Below, piece by piece: positions 21,558 to 33,305 of a stretch of DNA of 64,000 nucleotides. Position 1 is the stretch's first letter. Each line of letters begins with the position of its first letter. The translations under genes were made by a program, and so were the position numbers. The notes below the pieces were generated by a model that was not told where the DNA came from, searched no databases, and saw nothing but the letters and a program-made list of their open reading frames with translations. Source of the DNA: Azolla caroliniana (Eukaryota > Plantae > Polypodiophyta); NCBI GenBank assembly GCA_043228905.1, contig JBHGNT010000003.1, forward strand, positions 10,292,001-10,356,000, read 5' to 3'.

Positions 21558-24500
21558 AGGAAAACGAAGCTTTCCATTACCACAGCTCAGTCACTGGTCG
21601 CAGTTCCAGACCCAGAAGTAGAGTCGCACTCCCTGCCTCAAGTCGAAGTTACCAAGACAGAGTAGAGAGAGAGAGAGAGAGCTCCACCGAGCTCTGCCAT
21701 GGCTAAAGAAGGAGAAACGGATGAAGGTGAAGAAGAAACGGAAGAAAGGAAGGAGAAGAACGCAGGAAGAAGACAGACAGAGAAAGAAAACAGAAAGGAA
21801 GAAAAAGACAAAGAAGTAAAAGAAAAGCTTGAGGGCTGGATAAATTTTACAATAATGCGAGGGCACGCAACCGAATTTCAAGAACCGGAGGGCAGCGGAT
21901 GAGAATTTCACAAGCTCAAGGGTATCCATTAAAATTTTGAAAATTTTGAGGGTAAAAACGAAAATTTTTAAAACCAAAGGGTACAAATCATGAATTTTCG
22001 AAAACACAACTCACATGATGAAAGAAAGAATACACAAAAGCACAACACGATTTCACGACCCATGCCACATTGAACTAGCCGATTGGTGTATGATCTAATC
22101 GCGACTTGTGGTGAGAGTCAAGCAAAGCTATGATCATAGAGCAGTGATCCGGTCGAGAGATTTCCAACTGTTGAGACAACCGATGGAGTTCCGGTCGAGA
22201 AGAGTTGCCATGGCGAGTGGGTTCACCGTGCAATGCACTGTCCCACATGCGTGCCATGTGTTACTCGTAAGAATATACGAGGAGGCATAAGGGTATGTGT
22301 AATGATGTGGTTGATATGTATGTATAATATGAATGAGTGTGTGAGGATGAGTATGTGTGAGGTCAACGGCAGAATATAGAGCTATTGTTGTAGGAGTTGC
22401 GGAGATGTGACTAAGAACTCTCCTAGTAGAACTAAAGATGAATCAAGAAAATCAGATGAAGTTGTGGTGTGACAATAAGTCAGCAATCAGCATTGCCAAC
22501 AATCCAATGCAAGCATCATAGGACCAAGCACATCGAAATCGACAGATTCTTTATCAAGGAGAAGCTTGATAGTGGAATATTAAAATTGAGTCATGTTTCT
22601 ATTGAAGATGAAGTAGCATATTGTCTTACGAAGGGACTTGGGCCAGTAAGTTTTTCTAGATTGTGTGACAAGATGGGCTTAGTGGATATCTTTCGCCCAT
22701 CTTGAGGGGGAGTGTTGAGAATGATTAAAATTATAGCCAAACAGCTAGCCCAACAGCCAGATCTTGGCCTTTAAGAGGAACCTTCTCCTCATGTAAAAAG
22801 TGATCTCTATGTTTCCTCTCTCCTGTTGTGGCATATATGTATATTCTTGAGAATAAAAGTGATCTCTGTGTTTTCTGAATGAAAAATAACAACAATTTAA
22901 TACAATTTAACTTATTTTCTTCACTAATGGTCTTGAGATAGAATATGGCTTTCGCCACGATCTACAAACAAGACGATGATTGATACTAACTGAGTTCGTT
23001 AACAGAGGGATTGAGAGAGTTCTATCATTCCCATTCGCTATCTCAACATCATTCGATTATTGGTGAGAACTCAGAAGATGGCCCAGCAGGTGGAAAATTT
23101 TCTGTATTGCATGCACGTATATGAATTAAGAGTAGTCCCTCTGTTATTGGATGGAATTTTTAAAATGAAGTGTAGTTCTTTAGCTCATATGATGCAAACA
23201 CTCTATAATCCCAACCCTAGCCTCATAAATCCTCTCATCACCTCACTCTCAAGACACAAAACTAGTTCTCTATCAAGTAAGCTTTAGAATAATGATAAGA
23301 AGAGCTTCCACTACTACAAGATAGTTGGATCTTGTTAGGTCGTCAATCCTAAGAATATACGGCATTTCACTTCTACATGGATTACTTCTATTATTCTTTT
23401 CCATGAACCTACATTGTATGGTAAATATGGGAAATCTGGATGAGTAATTCATAATGAGCCCAAAATTACGAGGTGGCTACTTCATGAACTTGGTGCACAT
23501 AGCAAAAAAGTTGTACCAAATGTCATGAATTGAAAATAAAGAATTTCAACCATAACAATTAATTTGTTGACCCTTTCAAAAAGTAGCAAATAAGAAAATG
23601 TGAGAACCTTAGAGAAAATCCTGGTGAGAAGTGTGGTTCAAACCAGTAAACTAGTACATACCTCAGCTGTCTTCTGAATCAATGAGGATAACGTCTAGGC
23701 ATGCTATAGCACCACATGCTAGGCTGATGCACACATTTCACTATTCGCTTGGATATCAGAAGCTATGCCCTCTATGCATCTACGTAAAATGATTCAACCA
23801 TCACGGTGGCTATTGGATACAAAGAATGTAAAATAAAGATTCCCTCTGTCAATCATTTTTCCAATCAAAGAGGAAAAGAGTGATTGGGTAGATATATCAT
23901 TGAGTGGATTGTAAGAGCTTGAATCAGTTCCAATTTCCGGCCAATATTATTTTCTTGTTCTTAATCATCCACACTAGATTGATTGCTACCAATAAACCGA
24001 GTGACATTCGAATATCAAAAACGAGGGATTCTCTTGCATAAATGCAATCTCCCACTTGATTTGGCAACAAATCTTTAGGTTCAGTCCAGAAAATTACTAT
24101 TAAACTCTACAAAACCTACATGCAAGAACTCCCATTTGATTTGAAAGGAATGTGAGAGAGAGAATGATAAATAACTATTAGAGATCAAAATTGTCCAACG
24201 AGACAAACGGGTTAATTCATGTTATCAATACTAAAACAAAAAAAATGCTTTAGGTTTCCTAAACCTCCATGATCATGATCTTAATGCATCTAGTGAAATA
24301 ATTTTTGAGATGGTTTACAAGCATTTAGTTCTAGGTGTCATGTGGATAGAGCATGGCATGCAATGATCTCCATGATCTGGTGCCCATGTACCTTATATCA
24401 TAGTACACATGATTCACATTGTCGTCAGCATTCCTTTGCTCCCTCTATGGTGACTCCTTGGCATGTTTCCAAATGGAGATGTGGAGCTATGAAAATTAGT

Positions 24501-25400
24501 ATGTGTGATTGCCATTGCATTTTACATGCTTACACAAGGGTTGATTCCCTAAGCTTTTGAAGCGCAGGCAAGATTTTGCCAAAGTGTCGTGGGTCAACCT
24601 TCTCCATCATTTGTCAAACTGTGGTGGAGATCACAACGAGGGTGGCATAATTCTCATTGATGTGCTGGTAAGTTGGACACCTACAGAAAATGTTTGTCGC
24701 TTTCAATCTCTCCTTCACATAATTTGCAAAATCTTTCAGCTCTAGATATGTGAAGTGCTTATCTTGCTTCGATCTCTAGTCAGTGGAAGGAAACTCTGCG
24801 TTGGTCTATTGCTTTATGGCACTTGTGCCACTTCATCACCTGTGAGTACCAACCCTGATCCTCTATGTGTTCAGTTGTTGCCATTTTCTTTGATGCTTGA
24901 GATGTTTTGCTAGTAACTCTTTAATGTGGCATAGTTCAAATCACGTTGATGAGATTCACTGTTGGAATAATGATTCTACCATGACTAGGGATGTTGCCAA
25001 TTAAGCACAAATAAGTACAGGACTCTTGGAAATGTTCCTATTGGCATTGTTGATCCAGATTTGCATATCCTCGAGTTAGTCAATCCTTGTTGACCTAGGT
25101 CATAGAGAACCGCCCATTCTTGCTTGTAAATGTGACTCGTAGATATACATAGGAAGAGCTCATACAAGTTTTATACCCAAATCTAGGGCTTTCTGGTTTG
25201 GGGACATCATTTTATTGAAGTGGACATTCTGGCCACTTGGGTCTTAACAGATTAAGAATATCCAAGTGACCCAAAAGCGAAAAGATCAAATTATAATGCT
25301 TGAACAAGTATATATCACTAGAAACCTCCGGGAAGGGCTACTAGGAGGAAAGGTTTATCCCCAAACAAAAACGTGGCTTACCACCTGGGTATATCCCTAA

Positions 25401-25437
<37 letters not shown>

Positions 25438-28400
25438 CTTTCCAATAGTGTAGGGAAGAAGAATAATCCGAATACCAAACAAGTCCCAAATTTCTGGTGG
25501 GTCTGCTCCTTGAATCTTTAAGTTTAGGTCTTTGCTAAGTTCATTGTCAACATTTTCTCTACAATTAAAAAATGAAGAGTATTAGGATTTTAACACAATC
25601 TATACAAGAACAAAGATCAATAAATAGAAGTATTACATAATGCCATGTTAGAATGTTTAACCTAGACAGCATTAAATTGCTCCATCGCCATCTAAAATTA
25701 ATATGAACACAAAAGAGTTCACTAGTAGGCATGGGGCAAAATACTTTTGTCAGCAAGTTTGCATATAAAAAATCCTGAGCTTTTATTTTCGCTTTTTCTA
25801 CAAATATTAAGATTAAATTTTAATGATCCATGTACACTTCCCAGGAGAGTGACTACCTGTTTTTTGTTTTCAGTCCCTTTTTCTTGTTTTTAGCACCAGC
25901 ATTTCGCTCAAGCTCAAGTGCTCTTAATTTATTTTTGTAAGCTGGAGTTTGCTTCACCATATCCATCATCTGCAATGAACATGACATTCAAGCTCTATCA
26001 TGTATGTGTAGCAAAATAAACCAAATTGCAATAAGAAAAAGCATGGAAATATAAGCAATTCTAATACAAACTCAGTAACACTAACATTGCATGTCCACAT
26101 AGAAAATGTACATAATCTAATATGCTATTAAACTGAACTTGTTCATATAAAGTCTTTGGCAAGAGAACACATAATCTGAACCAGTCTAATAACCCCTACC
26201 ATTTTCAAAACACCGAAAATCTATGACTTCAAAGAAATATGTGCACTTTTGTATAATAAATTATAAGATGATGGAAGAACACAAGGATTAACATATTATA
26301 TTAGGTTTTCTGGGCATGAGAAAGTGAGAAAGAGAAACAGCCAAAAGACTAATGACGCCTAATTTTAAGAAAAATCTAAAGTATTAGAAACATTACCTGT
26401 GAATAACGAGTCCATTGATTCAAGTATTGAAAACCAGAGAGAATAATAAGAAGTCCAGCAAAAACGGCCCTTAGATCCTATCAATTAATAATCATTAAAC
26501 ATGTCAGGAAGACAATTTTGTACATTCAGATTCAGAACGAGACACCAACGATATCAAAAAGCAAAAAACAAACCGTTTGTGGTCCATAATATGCTTGGTA
26601 GTACCTTGCAGTGTTGTAGAACACCTGTAAAAACGTCATAGAGAAAAATACTACGTAAAAACAATATTAGCATTGTAACGTATAAAAGCCAAACCAAAGC
26701 AACAAACCTGTTCAGGGTGAGCCAATGCATAATCATACTGTTCTCGTGTTTTTTCATCCTTGAGAATCTGTGTGCATATAAACATGACATTATGATTTCA
26801 AATAAGAAAAAAATAATAATCGGTCTATAAGCAGAGGGTGACAATTGAACATTATAGAGAAAAAACAAGAAAACAACCCATAAATAGCCAATTCAAAGCA
26901 TTGTTATCCAACTCAGTTTTAGATTGTGTCGAATAAATGAATCACAATTATAGAGATTAGTATAATTATTATACGATCCTGATCACATAAAGCAAAACTT
27001 CACCTCTAAGAATTAAAGAAATATAACACATGTATAATAGCCATGTGTATTTATTTCTTATATGTTATAAATATTTATTTAATTAGACTAAGTTTTATTT
27101 TGAAGTTGACAAAGTACCTCATATGCAGTTGCAATCTTCACAAACACTTTCTTAGCCTCTGGATCAGGATTCTTATCTGGATGACTGCATCAAATGTCTT
27201 AGACAGGGCTATGTTTCTATATGGATAACAGTAAAAAGACTAGAATAGAAAGCATACTATTTCAAAGACAATCTGTAATATGCCTTTTTTATATCTGCTC
27301 CTGTTGCAGATTGTGTAACCCTGCATCATAAAATAAAGTATTTTTGCATAAACAAAATGATTAGGTCTCTCTCTAGAGGGTATGTAGCAATAGGACTAGA
27401 GAGAATGTGCTCACAGACTCATTTCATGTACCTAGTTGTGGCCATTTGATACTCTCTTCACCCCAACGATTCTTATCTGGGGGGACCTAGTCCAGACCGT
27501 CATCACAGATCTTGAGGCATCACTGATAGGTGGATATTGATGTGGAAACCTATTCTATCCATTATCTACACATGAGTCGGCCTAAAGTATTGATAACCCA
27601 TGATATTATGAGGTCTAAAAGATGATTACCATCGATGGTCATAGAGGCTCTGATCAGGTCGGTGTCCTTTCTTCATATAGATGGGAGCTACCTCAACATG
27701 AATATGTCAGGTTGCCTATAGAATCTTCAATATAGGTGGCAAGTGAGGGTGACACTTCATATTGATATGTACTTTTAAATAATGTGTCTTTGAAGAAATA
27801 CAGGAAACGTGGTGCCCATATTACATATACAACAATAAATTGTAGACATAATCAAGGTCTTATGCGTTTAAGATGCCAAAATGGCCTTAAGACCAAACAA
27901 GAGATTGCATCTTAAAATGTTTTCTCGTCTTTGAGAACAAAAAACAAAAATAAATATAACTAAACATCGAGTACTAAAGGCTCTAGATAGATATCTATGA
28001 AATTAAGTTTCTGAACTTAGATAGACTGAAACTTCTGCCTTTGAAAAATCTGCAACATGTGCCCCTCCAAGATGGAGAGATATCAGCTGTGAAAGCATCT
28101 TCACTGCCAGGAGATAACAGCCTTTATTTTTCGAGGACAGTGGTGAGTCACTGACAAAGCTGTAATCTAGATGGTTGAGCCCCTACATGTTTGGCACATT
28201 TCTATTGTTTGATCTATCATAACCCCTTTCAATTTTCTTTGTCAAGAATCCACTAGCCTGGTCCTTGATGGACTTGCAGCATGTAAATGAATGATGGAGC
28301 TAAAGAACATCATGATTGTTCTTTGCTGACAAGTTTTGGTTGCATTATTATTCTTCAATAACTTCTCTCTATGTCTCTTGAGTTCTAGCAAGAGCAGTAC

Positions 28401-30537
28401 AAGCACCATCGGTCTTCGTAAAGAAAAAAATGAAAAAAATGAAAGAAAAAGAAATAAAGAAATTGTGTGACTGTTTTGCATGGCATAAAAAGTTGTGATA
28501 AAATAATAAAGAGAAACAAATTATGGTCCTTAGAAGAATTGCAAAACTACATTGGTATGCCCAAATGGAATCATGTTTTGACTTCCCTGGTTTCAGCATA
28601 GATAGACTACCTCCCTTTCAGTACTCCTTGGATATAACACCTCTCATACCAACTCACTTAGTTAGAGATTAGCAAATTCATCAAGCAAGAGACTAGGAGG
28701 ACATGGGTCAAACCTATCCAGGATTTAGGTAGGAAGATAACTTCTATTGATACCATTTGCTTCACATCACTGAAGATGGGAGTTATACTATGCCCTGGAT
28801 ATGGATATCCATCTATGTCATGGATTGACATGTATCATTGAACAGATCCACACCTCATCACACAATTGAAGATAGAGATAGGTAGGTATATGGGTATGCC
28901 AATTGAGCAAAGTATATATGTCCATTGCCATGAGATTCAAGATATCTCCACTGCATCTTTAGGGAGGAATTTGGACCATTATCTCAAGTCATGAACTTCT
29001 ATAATCAGGAGAGTTGGAGTTGGTTTTACTAAAGATTCAAAAATTAAGGATTTCTCTTGAGCAGTAGAGAACCAGCAGAGCCTTTATATCATTTTCATTT
29101 CTTTCTTCGAATATATTGTATTACCTTGCTACAAGTGAGCATGCATCATTTGATTTCAGAGTGAGCTTAAATTCATCATTGAACCATATGGTATGAGATA
29201 GGTCATACTTTCTGTAGCTCTGCACACTGCACTTTGGAAAAATGAGCACATTCTCAATATCACAAGTAATGTGCTGACACAGGAGTGATTCCTCTGATGT
29301 GTGAGCATAAGTAAATTTTTTTCCTTTTCGTCTTCTATTACCATCATGAGGGATGCATGGGTTTCTGCATCTCGTGGAAATTTTGAGGTAAATGTATAGG
29401 TTTGTAATTCAAACTTGGATATCTAACCGAACTTTGAAACTTTGTATTAAATCTATTGCTTCACTTTGACTAGTACATACTCAATGGCATTAGCTCCATA
29501 GCTTGTTGTATGGCATATCCAATTGTGTGAGGTATAGAAACTTTTGGTTCCATTGAGAGCTACAAGATGCATAGAGTTCATCATATTTATCATGGTTTAT
29601 CCATATGCACTTGTATTACAATAACAAAAGTGTCATTTCCATTGGGTTTAATTTCTAAGCAAGGATGTTTATAATATGACTCCAGTGAGAAATTTGTGGT
29701 TTCTTCCTCCAGATGTCCAATCCTTGCAATGATGTCTCCATCGGCTGATGAGACCTAACACGAGATTGCAACTTAAGATGTTCTTTCATCTTGGATAACC
29801 AAAATAGGCATAAATAGCTTAGTAAAACTTCCTGAGGTACCCAATATTCCATTGGCTAAGCATTTAACTTTGTGATCCATGGTCTTACAGTGGGCCATCG
29901 TCCCACCAAGAGGCACCCTGGAGCTGATCCATATTCTTTCATTATCAAATTAAATGCTATCACTTCAGATCCCTCATGTTCCACTTTGATCATGTCCAAG
30001 TGTGGACAATCCAAGGTATATAATGTATTGACATTTTATCCCATGTAATTGGAATAATTATCACAGTTCAGCAATACCAATAATGATTATAACCCTGTTC
30101 TGCCAGCTGTTTTGAAAATGTAAGTGCAAATCTTGGGTACCTTTGGTTTGGAATAAAAGTAACTGATTCATAGTTCTGACTAGATACCTTCCTCATGTAC
30201 TAGACTGTGATTTGTATGTACATTTTACTCATACATTACGTGGAAATGTTTCATTTTGGTCTAATAGAAAATATCGCAAACACGTTTGGTCCAATAGGTA
30301 CCTCCAAGGAAGATAATAAAATCAAAATCTCTCTTATATAACCATCTCTGTGTGTCTGCCTCCTTCACTCTTTCAAACAATATGCAATTTACGATATTAG
30401 TAGTCAAATATTGCATACCCGAGAAGGTCATAGCAGTCTGCATCATCGCAATAGATGGCTTCGGTTCTCTGAGGAAGAAGCGAGAAGAAGACAACGATAG
30501 GGATGAAGATGAGCGTCCAAAGCGATGCAGAACCCAT
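11058..30537 (-). CDS. C50: J-domain co-chaperone, chaperone protein dnaJ 50 / DNAJC25-like (ER membrane), 301 aa, 10 coding exons
   Basis: Exons reconstructed by hand, all GT-AG and phase-consistent: 30537-30419, 27320-27258, 27184-27118, 26767-26708, 26624-26574, 26477-26397, 25969-25857, 25558-25438, 11606-11480, 11161-11058 (906 nt). Protein: signal peptide, [15 protein letters not shown]-domain with [10 protein letters not shown], then [46 protein letters not shown], ending KEAKRRR. Colinear with Arabidopsis dnaJ 50 as I recall it. Confidence 0.93.
11249..11440. mobile_element. Mutator-like MITE in the last DnaJ intron
   Basis: Imperfect inverted ends GGGTAAAACGCCAAAATGCCCCTAA / TTAGGGGCATTTGGTGTTT, plus internal AATACCC/GGGTATT inversions. 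TSD not resolved. Confidence 0.55.
14696..14748. repeat. (CT)n microsatellite
   Basis: Direct run. Confidence 0.95.
14867..16176 (+). pseudogene. HSP90: Processed cytosolic HSP90 5' fragment (ATPase domain plus start of charged linker)
   Basis: MASETE, then a frameshifting deletion, then [35 protein letters not shown]...[17 protein letters not shown]...IGQFGVGFY...[10 protein letters not shown] (to 15409). Resumes at 16052 with [31 protein letters not shown]...EGKVE. No introns; small deletions. Confidence 0.95.
15411..16051. mobile_element. Solo LTR (641 bp) inserted in the HSP90 fragment
   Basis: Inverted termini TGTTAGA...TCTAACA. HSP90 coding sequence stops and resumes exactly at its edges, with ~28 nt missing. 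Confidence 0.8.
16331..16438 (+). pseudogene. HSP70: Cytosolic HSP70 fragment (lid helix region, 36 codons)
   Basis: Translates [36 protein letters not shown], matching the plant HSC70 signature [20 protein letters not shown]. Confidence 0.9.
17330..21275 (-). mobile_element. Tandem pair of non-autonomous LTR units (internal-LTR-PBS-internal-LTR), same family as unit 1
   Basis: On the minus strand: post-PBS leader at 21275, cargo to ~19400, terminal block 19250-18570 (TATA ~18670), degenerate PBS TGGCATGCACGAAC 18567-18550, short cargo, terminal block 18230-17330. Confidence 0.7.
19464..19678. repeat. 107-bp tandem duplication in GC-rich cargo
   Basis: GCTACT..TT..CGGGTTC...TGTCTTTTCGGACACCTGTGAAACTT.GGCCATCTCT..ATGGCC.GCTTTGTTTGGGGCCGTCTTTGTAC occurs at 19464 and 19571. 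Confidence 0.85.
21285..22359 (+). mobile_element. Non-autonomous LTR unit 4 with intact tRNA-Arg(UCU) PBS
   Basis: LTR end CAACAACA at 21423. PBS TGGCACGCCCGGTGGGAC at 21428-21445 is an 18-nt complement of the plant tRNA-Arg(UCU) 3' end as I recall it. Short internal region; terminal block truncated at 22359. Confidence 0.8.
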
Positions 30538-30575
30538 CGCTCCGTCTCTGTCTCTGTCTCTGTCACTGTCTCTGT

Positions 30576-30740
30576 CTTCTTCTTCTTCTTCTTCTTCTTC
30601 TTCTTCTTTTAACTCAAAAAATGTGAAAGCTATTTATTATCATGTCTTTTATCGCCGTCTTCTACTTCATTTTCTTCTTCTTCTTCTTCTTCTTCTTCTT
30701 CTTCTTCTTCTTCTTTTAACTCAAGAAATTCTGAAAGCAT
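30576..30740. repeat. Duplicated (CTT)n microsatellite block upstream of the DnaJ start codon
   Basis: Two (CTT)n runs, each followed by TTAACTCAA.AAAT..TGAAAGC. Confidence 0.85.
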
Positions 30741-32163
30741 ACAATGGACTGCAGGGATCGTCAAGTAGGGAGCTTTAGGCCATTGGAAAACATACAATGG
30801 ACTGTAATATTTTCCATGATCACATGAAGTGTGTCACATCTAGAAAAAACCTACTTGTCACAAAATTGTAAATGTACACCTGAATAAGTCGTCATTTACC
30901 ATGATAGCTTATTCATTTCTTTAAAAGTGTTTTAGTTTGAGGCGTGTTCACATAGATTGTTACCTCTAGGAGTAGTGTTTCTCAAGATTTCATCATGTGT
31001 GATGGCAACATATTCATTTCTTCGAAAGCCAATTGTTGTTACCTATGGGAGTATTTGTCCAAGATTGGAAAATCTTACTTGCCATGCTACATTTGTTACT
31101 GAACCATTCCATCTACATTTTGTTTGGGATCCAACAACTACAACATTTCCTATAACCAATATTTGTTGGTTTCATGGATTTTGCAAGCCCTTTTAGATTT
31201 TTCGTTACATGCACGTGACTCTATGACAAATTGGAACAATTTTCAATTTTGTCGAACACATTGAATGTCTCGTTACCAAGCCAATTTGTTCAATCACCAT
31301 TGATCAATATGTATATCACATATGAAAGTCCTTGTGAAGGACTTGGCATGCTTGTAGCTTCACAAACCACATGGTACGCTTCCACAAAGCATAAAGCATG
31401 TCACTCTTGTTTTACTTTAATTTTTTATTGTTTATTCAATATAGGAGATGACCTCTAGGTGCCTATTTTTATCTATTCACCTCTTCTTGGATGTTAAATA
31501 TTTTGTCAAGTCGCCCAAGCATATGCATCTACGCTTATGAGCATAACATCATATTCTTGATCTAGCTTTTTCCTTGCAATATCATTTCTAGAAATGGTTG
31601 CACGTACTATATCATTCTAATTCTTTGTTGGTGTAGTGCTCATGCATGCCTCTTATTTTCTTGAATATATGAGTCAATTGGAACATTTTAAGTTCAAGTA
31701 ATGGTTCGGGAGCTGACGTATCATGAGCCATTGCTTTGATCTATGTGTTGGAGTTATGAAAACTCAATGTTTGGCCTAATCACTCAAGACCCTATAACAC
31801 GTTCGCGTTCACAAGTGGAAGGATCGCGCATAAATGGAAGGATAAAGAATATTTTGGTTAATTTTAGGGCTTTTTCAATGATTTTACAAAACACATTGAT
31901 ACGAGTATCATACATGTTCAAATATACTATGAAAAAGGTTAAAAATTCACTATTTTCGTGATTTAGAAGTAAATAAAAAAAGAGGAATTTCAAAAAGTTA
32001 CATTCTCAATTTATATCACAAACTTCACAACCAATGTTATTTTATAAGAAACGATTTTTTAGAAATCATAAAAATTCAAAACACATGCTTTTATATTACT
32101 CGATTTGTTACAAGCGGAATGTAGTTACACTTAATAGCCAAAAATACATTCATGATCACTCAT

Positions 32164-33305
32164 TTACAGAGAATCACTACTATAACTAATATACAATGAC
32201 GATTCCTCCTCCTCATCCTCGGATGTACCAATCAGTGCATTATCTTCGCCATAAACCAAATGGTTCAACTCTAGATTATATGTAGCAGATCTCGTTTGCC
32301 TTCGACTCGAGCCACCTTGTAGACTTGGTATTTTTATTATTATTATATCTATTGTTGACTTCCTTAATCGTCTGGCTTTTGTAAGCGTGAAGTAGTACAC
32401 GATGATATCCACATCAGAGATATCAAGGGTCGAGGTGTTATGAATGTTTCGCTTCCTCTTCCTACCTCCCCTTATTGTTGGGCATTCAATCATCTCCAAT
32501 GTATACTTACCTGTAAAAGCCTTTGCACTTCTAGTGTTGTACCAATGAACGTTTGCAGACTTGATCATGTTTTCTATTTCATGCATTAGCACTTCTAGAT
32601 TTTTACCAACCCAAAATTGGTGGCCATGTGAGTTCTCATCAGCCGGCGTTGCAATCAACATCCCCGTCGCGAGCTCTTGCAAATTGCCTTGCCATCCACA
32701 ACAAAGAGACATTTATGTGGGACCAAGGATGACCAAACTGTCATTAATCGCATTTGCTGGTTGCTTTGGAGTTTTATTTACACGATCATGTTGTAGCGAC
32801 CATGTGAATGGCGTTTCCAAATTCCAATTATCACCAAATACACAATTGTCTATAATTCCTTTCTGATCACTAAAAAATACATCCCACCATGACGTGTCTT
32901 GTTGTGCGGCATATTTCTTGGCGGCCCCAATATGCTTCTTTTTTTTCTAAGGCTTGGAGCCGTAACCGTTTTTGTTCCGATACCAAGTCGCCATGCAACT
33001 GTCCTTTCTTCTCAATTGGCATTTGTTTAGCTCCATGGACAATTGTAATTAGAATACAAAGTAATAACTGGCAACCACCTTTAGGTTCCCATGTTGTAGA
33101 AGATGAATATTGTTTAGCATACAAAAGCGTAGAACCACTTATTTCATTTTTCTTTATCATAAAAATGTGATCGAAGCTTATATTGTTTAACTTGGCGAGC
33201 ACTTTAACATTCCCAACACCCCCATCTGATATATATCTCTTAAGGTCATATACCTCCTTCAAGTGTAACACTTTTGGGCATGGTGTATATGACAGGAACA
33301 CACAC
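32164..33305 (-). mobile_element. Truncated, frameshifted DNA-transposon-like ORF (Sola/DUF7869-like, tentative)
   Basis: SYTPCPKVLHLKEVYDLKRYI...LNNISFDHIFMIKK...LLYAKQYSSSTTWEP resembles the post-catalytic segment of that family. It is followed by a beta-rich domain (GMLIATPAD...FWVGK...VHWY) and an acidic tail. The N-terminus is replaced by a Gypsy fragment. Confidence 0.4.

Larger units (their letters stand above)
11931..22890 (+). mobile_element. Short-LTR Ty1/copia element (Ale-like), gag and most of integrase deleted, split by an 8.2-kb insert
   Basis: 5' LTR 11931-12102 (TGTTGA...TCAATA). PBS TGGTATCAGAGC (tRNA-iMet) at 12103. RT fragments 12726-14154 ([31 protein letters not shown]). 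RNase H resumes at 22360 (RSTAEYRAI...[13 protein letters not shown]...DIFRPS). PPT GAGGGGGAG 22704-22712. 3' LTR starts at 22713; its right end is diverged and approximate. Confidence 0.9.

Noticed and set aside
14155-22359. Pack-MULE interpretation of the HSP90-carrying insert
   Set aside because: The apparent TIRs are inverted copies of an LTR-like block followed by a tRNA PBS. There is no 9-bp TSD and the cargo is intronless.
23000-25250. Possible ancient L1 LINE remnant in DnaJ intron 8 (a similar candidate lies at 28200-30250 in intron 1)
   Set aside because: Only faint motif traces; too degraded to support without an HMM search.
30800-31700. Coding-like degenerate minus-strand sequence upstream of DnaJ
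   Set aside because: Multiple stops in the frames I translated and no identifiable motif.
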